64,000 nt of DNA from Thermoplasmatota archaeon (GTDB lineage Archaea > Thermoplasmatota > JAKEGO01): positions 96,001 through 160,000 of the forward strand of contig JANQNK010000004.1 in NCBI GenBank assembly GCA_028279595.1. The letters run 5' to 3'. The notes below the pieces were generated by a model. It saw only the letters and a list, made by a program, of their open reading frames with translations, was not told the DNA's origin and made no database searches. A program made the translations under genes and the position numbers. Shown here one piece after another: positions 48,584 to 56,562 of this stretch; the stretch's first letter is position 1, and each line of letters opens with the position of its first letter.

Positions 48584-49920
48584 ACTTGAGGCCGGAAACC
48601 GCCTTCGCGGGCAGGCTGCTCATGGACGGAGAGTTGGTCAGCGGAGCGGTCGAGGTCACCGACGGGCGGATCACGGACATCGTGAAGACCTCCGACGCCG
48701 AGGACGTCCTCGACTTCGGGGACGCGCTCGTCCTACCGGGCGGCGTCGACATGCACGTCCATTTCAGGGACCCGGGTTACACACACAAGGAGGATTTCCT
48801 TACAGGGAGTTCGGCAGCCGTCTTTGGCGGAACTACAACTGTGGTTGACATGCCGAACACCATACCGTTCATCGCGGACAGGACGACCTTCGTCGAGAAG
48901 GCGGGAGCGATGGCCGACTCCTGGGTCGACTTCGGGCTCGCGTCCGCGTTGGCAGCGGGAAGGGACCCGGTGGCGATGGCGGACCTGGCGGTATGCTACA
49001 AGCTCTTCATGGCCTCCACGACAGGTGTCGAGGGCGGCGACTACGAGGAATCCTTGCACAGGGCGGTGGGCGTCGCGAAGCCCATTGTGGTGCACGCTGA
49101 AGACCCTGGACAGTTCAGGGCTTCCCCCGGGGTCGACCTGGAGGACCATTCGCGTGCGCGGCCTTTCATCGCCGAGGTCGAGGGGATACGGCGGATCTAC
49201 TCGCTGGCTTCCCATCAGATACCGGCTCCGAGCGTGCATCCCGCCCAGGGAGAGAACCATCCCAACTTCTGGATCCACATCGCGCATCTCACGTCCGCGG
49301 AGGGAGCCGACGTCGTGAGAGGGTTGAGACCGGCGGGTTTCACCGCCGAGGTCACGCCCCACCATCTGTTCCTCGATTCGTCCATGGAGCTCGGGACTTT
49401 GGGAAAGGTCAACCCCCCTCTGAGGACGGTCAACGACCGATCCGCCCTCTGGAGGGCTCTCGGTGATGGAACTATCGATGCGGTCGCATCCGATCACGCG
49501 CCACATCTCCCCGAGGAGAAGGACACGGATTTCGCCGATGCCCCGGCGGGTATCCCCGGGGTGGAGACATTGTATCCTCTGATGCTCCATTCCGTCAAAA
49601 GGGACATGCTCCCATTGAACCGTGTCGTCGATGCCGTCGCCACCAGACCGGCAGAGATCCTCGGGATCCCGAAGGGAAAGGTCGAGGTCGGTTACGATGC
49701 GGACCTCGCGATCTTCGATTCCAGCAACGTCACCGAGATCAAGGGGGAGGATCTCCATTCAAGGTGCGGATGGACGCCGTTCGATGGCATGGAGGCGATA
49801 TTCCCGGTCGCGACCGTGGTCTGCGGCAGGATGCACCAACGCGACGGAGCACTGTTCGGGGATCCGGAGGGCAAGATGCTGATACAGCCGCAGCATAGCC
49901 GGACCATGAACGGAGGATAG
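48580..49920 (+). CDS. pyrC: Dihydroorotase (amidohydrolase superfamily)
   Basis: DMHVHFRDPG, DMPNT, KLFM, HAED, HIAH, EVTPHHL, KVNPPLR, SDHAPH, GWTPFDG; GTG start overlaps the giant ORF's TGA. Confidence 0.85.
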   Translation: MNLRPETAFAGRLLMDGELVSGAVEVTDGRITDIVKTSDAEDVLDFGDALVLPGGVDMHVHFRDPGYTHKEDFLTGSSAAVFGGTTTVVDMPNTIPFIADRTTFVEKAGAMADSWVDFGLASALAAGRDPVAMADLAVCYKLFMASTTGVEGGDYEESLHRAVGVAKPIVVHAEDPGQFRASPGVDLEDHSRARPFIAEVEGIRRIYSLASHQIPAPSVHPAQGENHPNFWIHIAHLTSAEGADVVRGLRPAGFTAEVTPHHLFLDSSMELGTLGKVNPPLRTVNDRSALWRALGDGTIDAVASDHAPHLPEEKDTDFADAPAGIPGVETLYPLMLHSVKRDMLPLNRVVDAVATRPAEILGIPKGKVEVGYDADLAIFDSSNVTEIKGEDLHSRCGWTPFDGMEAIFPVATVVCGRMHQRDGALFGDPEGKMLIQPQHSRTMNGG

Positions 49921-49941
49921 GATATCTCCGAATCCACAACG

Positions 49942-50008
49942 CTTAAGAACAGGATTTCATTAGTGGTCCCACGCGGGCCTGTAGCTCAGCACGGCAGAGC
50001 AGATCGGC
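49942..50008 (+). repeat. Duplicate of the tRNA-Lys promoter, leader and 5' half (tRNA pseudogene fragment)
   Basis: CTTAAGAAC.GGAT....ATTAGTGGTCCCACGCGGGCCTGTAGCTCAGCACGGCAGAGC(A)GATCGGC repeats 165 bp upstream of the intact gene. Confidence 0.9.
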
Positions 50009-50139
50009 CGGCCTTTTTCAGAAAAAGGGGCGGCGAAAAAGGGACCGTTCTTCAACTCTTGATCCCGCATACCGAACGGGCCAGAACGGCAGTATGTTGC
50101 AAAACTCTTAAGAACGGGATGTTATTAGTGGTCCCACGC

Positions 50140-50213
50140 GGGCCTGTAGCTCAGCACGGCAGAGCGATCGGCTCTTAACCGATCGGTCGGGGGTTCGAAT
50201 CCCTCCAGGCCCG
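50140..50213 (+). tRNA. tRNA-Lys(CTT)
   Basis: Acceptor GGGCCTG/CAGGCCC, anticodon arm ATCGG-CTCTTAA-CCGAT, GGTTCGAATCC; CCA not encoded. Confidence 0.95.
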
Positions 50214-50240
50214 TTCATTTCTTAGTGATTTCCAATTGGA

Positions 50241-50519
50241 GAACGGGCCATAGGAAGCGAACCCCGGAACGGGCGGGGTTGTTCGGAAATATGATGGAAT
50301 TATCTTTATAGAATATTTCCGAACGAGGATGAACCGAAGGATCATCCGTTCGAATCCCTCCAGGCCCGTTTTTCATTATTCAATGTTAGGAGGGCCTGGA
50401 GAGGATGGGAACCCCTTGGTCAAACGGGGTTGTTTGTACCGATCGAATGTGGAATCCAATACAGGCACAAACCCGGATGATGCGAAGCATCATCACGGCG
50501 GATCCCTCCAGGCCCGTTC
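50241..50519. repeat. Two ~130-bp palindromic units bounded by inverted and direct copies of the tRNA-Lys 3' end
   Basis: Exact direct copies at 50348-50370 (23 nt) and 50502-50519 (18 nt); degenerate inverted copies at 50241-50265 and 50392-50415; shared internal hairpins. Confidence 0.8.
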
Positions 50520-50694
50520 CCGATGCCGATCCAATTCGTCGTATGACGATTTGTTAACACAAACTGCGTAAATATTATGATTATATGCAGAAAAATTAAC
50601 TTTTAAGTCGAAATAAAAATCATTACAGTAGTAAGTAAGGTATTAATACAACGTCCATCGCTTTCTCTGAATAGGACACGTGCAGGTGAACAGC

Positions 50695-53600
50695 ATGAGG
50701 TTTGGTAGTTTAGTTATCGTTGGGATTATGCTTGCAATGGCGCTCACGCTAGTAGTGGGTGTGGAGGGTGCCGACATATATGTGGACGATGATTGGCCCG
50801 GAGCCGATTATGAGACCATACAGGACGCCCTCGACAACTCCCTGGATGGGGACACCATCTATGTGTATGCGGGAACGTACAATGAGACATGTACCGTCAA
50901 TGCCCAGGTCGAGATCTACGGCAACGGGACCGGTGAGACGATGGTCGACGGGGACCCTGACGGGAACATGAGCGGCGATAGGGGTTTCTATATCGCCGAT
51001 GACAAGGTCCTCCTGCAGGGACTCTCGGTCACGGGACATCCCGATGGGATATATATCGACAATAGCGCAGACGTCACGATCAATGATTGTGAGGTCTATG
51101 GCGGAAATTCCGGTATTTACATTTACCAATCACCACGATGCTGGGTTCTGAACAGCACTGTCCACAGTACACTGTACGGCATGTGGGTATACGAAAGTAA
51201 CGATGTGCATCTATACGAGAATTACATTACAAACGTTAGCAATTCGGGCGTGAGACCGTACTTCTCGAACGACCTGCTGATGGCCTACAACAACATCACC
51301 GACACGTGGATGGCGGCCAACGTCTACATGGCCAGACATGCTGTGATCAGGGGCAACGACATGCATTTCAACAATGCAGGCATCATCGATTATTACGGTT
51401 ACGAGAACGTGTTCTCGAACAACAACCTAACCGGAGACGGGAAGACCTACGGCGTACAACTGTACTACACTTACAATGCGTTCATCGGAACCAACACAAT
51501 GGTTGGCAGCGGTTTGATGATCAACGGAGGGAACTACACAAACCACTATCACAAGATCACGCTTGATAACACCGTCAATGGCCTTCCGCTGGAGTACAGG
51601 ACGGAGGATACTTCCGAACTGTTGAACAGCAACTACGGACAGGTCATCTTGGTCGGATGCGAGGATTTCATTGTCGAGAACCAGACCTTCGCCAACACCT
51701 CCGCTGGTGTCCTGCTCTTTTTCACGAATACGTCGAAGGTTAGGAACTGTACGTTCGACAATATCATCTACGGTATCTATTCTTTGGGATCCGACGAGAT
51801 AACGGTGAAGAAGTGCAATTTCACGGAAATCAACTACGGAATCAAAATGAACTTCGACGATAACGACTGGACGTTCGACCTGTTGACGTTCGATCAACTT
51901 GAGTTCAGTGCGATCAAGGCCTACATGTCGGATATCATCGATATTAAGGACCTTATACTCAATGGCTCGGACAATTATGCCATCGATCTGTACAATTGCG
52001 ATTTCGTAACGATGAGCGACCTCGTGATGTCGAACATTACCAGCCATGCTGTGTACGCCCAGTTTGTCCGTATCTTCTCCATCATGGACGTTTCCATCGA
52101 CGGAGTACACGATGGCATTCATCTCGAACACGTCAGGGGTAGCATCATCGAGCGGGTGAGCGTGAACGGGGCCGTCAATGGTATATCCATCGCCCAGGAT
52201 GGGAACACAACAGTCCGCGACTGTGACCTAGCGGTGAACACCACCGGAATATATCTTGATTCGGTATTCGATGGGACATTCTGGAACAACACGATGGTAG
52301 GCGGTGGGTTGATCCTCAACGGCGGCAACATGGACGAGGTCAACACGCACGACATTCCGACGAACAACACGTACGATTCAAAACCCATCATGTACGTAGC
52401 GAATGGAACGGACCTCCTGCTTGACGGGGATTACGCTCAGGTGATACTCGTGAACAGCACGAATGTCACATTAAGCGGACAGATCGTTGACGGGTTCATA
52501 CCTCTGATGGCGTACTATTCCTCGCATTGCAGGATAACCGATGTCCAGTACACCGGTGCGCTCGAGCTCGCGGCCATCGTGTACTATTCCGACAACTTCA
52601 CCTTCGATAATGGATCGTGGACCGATAACTACGGCGGCATCGCGGTAATTGGCTGCGACAACACTACAGTGGAGTACAATCTGTTCGAGAACAATACGGT
52701 GGAGGCATTCGCTTCCTTCAAGTCGAAGTCCAACCTCGTCTACATGAACGAGTTCATCGACAATGGGGCCTCGCAGGTCAGCGACGCCAGCACCTATGGC
52801 GGTAATATGTGGGACAACGGCACGATCGGCAACTACTGGACGGACTACATGGGCTACGATTACGATGGCGATGGGATCGGCAATAATTCGCATCCGATCC
52901 GGGTGATAAGCGGTCCAGCGCAGTACGATAACTATCCGTGGGGCGAGTTCGCGCCGAAGCTGACCAACTGCTCTGTCTCACCCAAGAATGGGACTGCGAC
53001 CACCACGTACACATACTACGTCAAGTACAGCGATTACGAGGGACGCGCTGCAGAGGTCGTCAGGGTCTACATCGATGGTAAGCATTACAATATGACCGCG
53101 AACGGCACCGGCGACTGGACCACGGGATGGTGGTTCACGTTCACGACCGATGAGAACATCACCCTCTCCAAGGGAGCCCACCTCATGGACTTCACCGCCT
53201 ACGATGGGATCCGTTGGGAGGGCCACAACTGCAGTGCAGGGCCCTATGTCAACGTACCGGCTCTTATCTTGAACATCAGTGCCGATCCGATGAGCGGGGC
53301 GAGCACCGAGACCTACACGTTCTATGCGGATTTCTACGACTTCGAGAACGCGACGGCCGAGGAGATGACGATCTCCATCAATGGAGGGGGGTCTCAGGAT
53401 ATGTGGAAGTACAATTCCAGTGACGACATCTCGTTCGATGGGATCACGTACATGTACATCACGACTCTGGATCCCGGCAATCACACCTTCAACCTCTCGG
53501 CACACGACACATGGGAGTGGACATACTCCGTCAACAACACGGGCCCTGTCGTGAACCATCCGCCAGAACTCCCGATGTGGATGGTGGACCCCTCATGGGG

Positions 53601-56448
53601 GGACAACAGCACGAACTTCACCTTCATGGTATCATACAATGACAACGAGACCGAGGAAGCGACCTTGATCTACATCGACTTCGACTGGGGCTCGTACATG
53701 ATGGACCTGAACGGATCGTGTCCATGCACGGGTGGGGCCCAATACCTCTACAATACGACGCTGCCATTCGGGTACCACAACTTCAGCTTCAGAGCATACG
53801 ATGGCGTCGAATGGACGTCCACGGTCATCGACCATGTCAAGGTGAACCAGATACCCGAGATCATGGATGGTTCGTTGTATCCGCTGGAGGGGAATTCCTC
53901 CATGCTATTCACGTTCAATGTGACCTATCTAGACCTGGACGGCGACGAGCCAGAATGGGTGCATGTCAACCTCAACAACGATTCGTACCTGATGAGTCAG
54001 GTCGATGCGATGGACACGAACTACACGAACGCCACGCTCTACGAATACGAGACGTACCTGCTTGCGGGCAATTACACCTACAACTTCTCCGCGAGCGATG
54101 GATATGTCACCATATGGCTTGCCGGCGGCGACATCAGGGTGAACCAGTCAGACGTTCCAGTCAAACCGATCGCTTACATCGACGAGTTATCACCGAACCC
54201 GGCGAGGTCGTTCGACCTGGTCCATTTCCTGGGCCACGGGAGCGGTGGGAACATCACGGAATGGAACTGGACCTCGGATATCGATGGAATGCTACACAAC
54301 GGCCCCGAGTACAATTCAAGTGACCTCAGTTACGGGGACCACAATATCTCGTTCACCGTCATGAACGAGGATGAGCTGTGGAGCGACCCGGTCGTTGTCA
54401 TGCTGTACGTGAACAACCCGCCCGAGCTGTCCGACATGTCGGTCGACCCCGAGTGGGGCACCGACGAGACCGTGTTCAACTTCACCGTCATCTACTCCGA
54501 CGTCGAGGACGTCAACGCGACCGAAGTCGACCTGAACATCGGAGGAACGATCCACATCATGGATATCGCCGATTGGTGTCCGTGTGGTCCGAATACTACC
54601 TACACCCTGATTACAACGCTCGATTTCGGTGAGTATACATTCAACTTCAGTGCGTTCGACGGCATGGAGTGGGTCTGGAGCCCGGACGAGACATTGAAGG
54701 TCGACCAGGCACCGGAACTCTCCGGGTTCAGTATCGAGCCGCTCGGTGGGAACACCTCGACGGTCATCTACTTCAACATTACCTACACGGATGCGGACGA
54801 CGATGCGCCCGAGTACATCGATGTGATGATCGACGGTGACGACTATCCGATGACCAAGGTCGAATCCGGTGACATGGACTACACTGACGGTGTGGAATAC
54901 ACATACTTCGCGCTGATCAGCGAGGGTAACCACACATACTACGTCGAAGCGAGTGACGGATGGATCTCCGTCAGGAGCGACCAGAGGACTGGCTATCTCG
55001 AGGAGGGCAACGAGGAGACGTTCATCCTCGAGGACACGTCGTACGTCGGGAACGCCACGTTCACCATCACATGGGAGGATGAGGAGGACCACACCGGAGC
55101 GGAGAACGAGGGCGACACCTTCAAGCTGACCATCACCGACCCGAACGGGACGGAGATGAACGCGACCGCGACTAACGAGCATGGCGAGCCGGGTGAGATC
55201 ACCATCGTCTTCGAGTACGGTGAGAACGAGACGGTCACCGGCGATTGGACGATCGTCGTCGAGCTTGTCGACGCCGGCGAACAGGAGGCGGTCGGATTCC
55301 CGGTGAACACATCCGATTTCGCGAACAACTTCACGCTGCTTACACCCGCCACACCGCTGGCGGTCGAGGAGGCCGAAGGCCCGGTCAAACCGATCGCATA
55401 CATCGATTCCATAACCCCGAACCCCGCAGAGCCAGGTCAGAAGGTCACGTTCGTCGGGCATGGGACCGGCGGGACCATCGTGGACTATGAGTGGATGTCG
55501 AACATCGACGACGCAATGGAGCTCAGCGACCAGGACATGTTCAACAAGAGCACCCTGTCAGTGGGCACCCACAACATCACCCTGCGTGTGCGCAACGACG
55601 ACGGCCTTTGGAGCGACACGGTGATGGAGCAGCTCATCGTCAGGGGAACGGCTCCACTTCCCGATCTCAAGATCGATACGATAACCATGGTTCCCTCAGA
55701 GCCGAAGGCGGACGAGGAGGTCTCCATCGTCATCAACCTCGAGAACATCGGAAATGCAAGCGCCGAATTCACCATTGGAGTGTACTATCACGATGCGAAC
55801 ACGTCATACATGACCATCGGTGACCTCACCCTGATCGAGACATTCAATATAACGATCGGAGCCGACGGCTCGGATTCGTACACGGCATACTGGGACGCCG
55901 TCGAGGGCGAGTGGGAGATAGTGATCTGGGGCGATCCGGAGGACGAAGTAGTCGAGCTCCGGAAGAACAACAACGTCAAGGACAAGGACATCACGGTATC
56001 CAAGTCGACCGAGAAGGATGAGGACAAGGCGGAGGGCATCGACGCCACCGTCGGGTTCATCATGCTCCTTATCATCCTCGGCGTCGTAGCTGCGATCTTC
56101 TTCCTGATGAGGAAGGCTCCCGAAGGGAAACCACCTGCAGAGGGACCTGAGGACCGGGGCTGGGATAGAGATGAGGACCTCGGTGAGGAGAGGACCGGTG
56201 AGAGCCCCATGCATGAAGAGGGAGGCACCGAGGGCGAGAACCCGATGTACGAGGAGGAGGGCGCCGCTGACGCACCTGACGATCCGGATGCCGGAGACTC
56301 CAAGGCCCCGGAGGATGGCATCGATGACGACCGCAGTCGACGGAAGTCCATCGGGTCCCCTGCAAGCTACGAGGAGAACTTCAACCCGGAAGGCCCGGAC
56401 GATGCGGCCCCTGCCCAGGACTACAACTCATCGAGATCGAACTCGTAA
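50695..56448 (+). CDS. Large single-pass surface protein with NosD/CASH beta-helix, repeated Ig-like, PKD-like and CARDB domains, and an acidic tail
   Basis: AGGTGA RBS; signal peptide; VDDD...DY.TIQDA; WDNGTIGNYWTDY; duplicated PVKPIAYID modules; CARDB (PDLKI...ENIG...DPEDEVVEL..NNN); TM near the C-terminus. Confidence 0.85.
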   Translation: MRFGSLVIVGIMLAMALTLVVGVEGADIYVDDDWPGADYETIQDALDNSLDGDTIYVYAGTYNETCTVNAQVEIYGNGTGETMVDGDPDGNMSGDRGFYIADDKVLLQGLSVTGHPDGIYIDNSADVTINDCEVYGGNSGIYIYQSPRCWVLNSTVHSTLYGMWVYESNDVHLYENYITNVSNSGVRPYFSNDLLMAYNNITDTWMAANVYMARHAVIRGNDMHFNNAGIIDYYGYENVFSNNNLTGDGKTYGVQLYYTYNAFIGTNTMVGSGLMINGGNYTNHYHKITLDNTVNGLPLEYRTEDTSELLNSNYGQVILVGCEDFIVENQTFANTSAGVLLFFTNTSKVRNCTFDNIIYGIYSLGSDEITVKKCNFTEINYGIKMNFDDNDWTFDLLTFDQLEFSAIKAYMSDIIDIKDLILNGSDNYAIDLYNCDFVTMSDLVMSNITSHAVYAQFVRIFSIMDVSIDGVHDGIHLEHVRGSIIERVSVNGAVNGISIAQDGNTTVRDCDLAVNTTGIYLDSVFDGTFWNNTMVGGGLILNGGNMDEVNTHDIPTNNTYDSKPIMYVANGTDLLLDGDYAQVILVNSTNVTLSGQIVDGFIPLMAYYSSHCRITDVQYTGALELAAIVYYSDNFTFDNGSWTDNYGGIAVIGCDNTTVEYNLFENNTVEAFASFKSKSNLVYMNEFIDNGASQVSDASTYGGNMWDNGTIGNYWTDYMGYDYDGDGIGNNSHPIRVISGPAQYDNYPWGEFAPKLTNCSVSPKNGTATTTYTYYVKYSDYEGRAAEVVRVYIDGKHYNMTANGTGDWTTGWWFTFTTDENITLSKGAHLMDFTAYDGIRWEGHNCSAGPYVNVPALILNISADPMSGASTETYTFYADFYDFENATAEEMTISINGGGSQDMWKYNSSDDISFDGITYMYITTLDPGNHTFNLSAHDTWEWTYSVNNTGPVVNHPPELPMWMVDPSWGDNSTNFTFMVSYNDNETEEATLIYIDFDWGSYMMDLNGSCPCTGGAQYLYNTTLPFGYHNFSFRAYDGVEWTSTVIDHVKVNQIPEIMDGSLYPLEGNSSMLFTFNVTYLDLDGDEPEWVHVNLNNDSYLMSQVDAMDTNYTNATLYEYETYLLAGNYTYNFSASDGYVTIWLAGGDIRVNQSDVPVKPIAYIDELSPNPARSFDLVHFLGHGSGGNITEWNWTSDIDGMLHNGPEYNSSDLSYGDHNISFTVMNEDELWSDPVVVMLYVNNPPELSDMSVDPEWGTDETVFNFTVIYSDVEDVNATEVDLNIGGTIHIMDIADWCPCGPNTTYTLITTLDFGEYTFNFSAFDGMEWVWSPDETLKVDQAPELSGFSIEPLGGNTSTVIYFNITYTDADDDAPEYIDVMIDGDDYPMTKVESGDMDYTDGVEYTYFALISEGNHTYYVEASDGWISVRSDQRTGYLEEGNEETFILEDTSYVGNATFTITWEDEEDHTGAENEGDTFKLTITDPNGTEMNATATNEHGEPGEITIVFEYGENETVTGDWTIVVELVDAGEQEAVGFPVNTSDFANNFTLLTPATPLAVEEAEGPVKPIAYIDSITPNPAEPGQKVTFVGHGTGGTIVDYEWMSNIDDAMELSDQDMFNKSTLSVGTHNITLRVRNDDGLWSDTVMEQLIVRGTAPLPDLKIDTITMVPSEPKADEEVSIVINLENIGNASAEFTIGVYYHDANTSYMTIGDLTLIETFNITIGADGSDSYTAYWDAVEGEWEIVIWGDPEDEVVELRKNNNVKDKDITVSKSTEKDEDKAEGIDATVGFIMLLIILGVVAAIFFLMRKAPEGKPPAEGPEDRGWDRDEDLGEERTGESPMHEEGGTEGENPMYEEEGAADAPDDPDAGDSKAPEDGIDDDRSRRKSIGSPASYEENFNPEGPDDAAPAQDYNSSRSNS

Positions 56449-56562
56449 GATGCCGTTCCAGGCTCGGTCATCGAAACCTGAATGGGTCACGCAGCCCAAC
56501 GTGGGCCAGCATCCTTAAATGTAGCGAGTACGTAACGTGGTAGCGATAGGGGGACTGGTAGA

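Noticed and set aside
49210-49270. Short insertion in dihydroorotase (SHQIPAPSVHPAQGENHPNF) as an intein or intron
   Set aside because: Too short, in frame and without splicing motifs; probably a loop insertion.
49975-50519. Split (trans-spliced) tRNA from the 5' half plus downstream 3' fragments
   Set aside because: An intact tRNA-Lys is present, the 3' fragments lack the anticodon and variable arms, and I see no complementary leader/trailer or BHB motif.
50193-50519. CRISPR array
   Set aside because: Repeats are tRNA-derived, spacing is ~150 bp with structured interiors, there are only three copies, and no cas genes are present.
49963-50571. Short ORFs at 49963-50178 and 50329-50571
   Set aside because: They overlap tRNA and repeat sequence and have no coding features.
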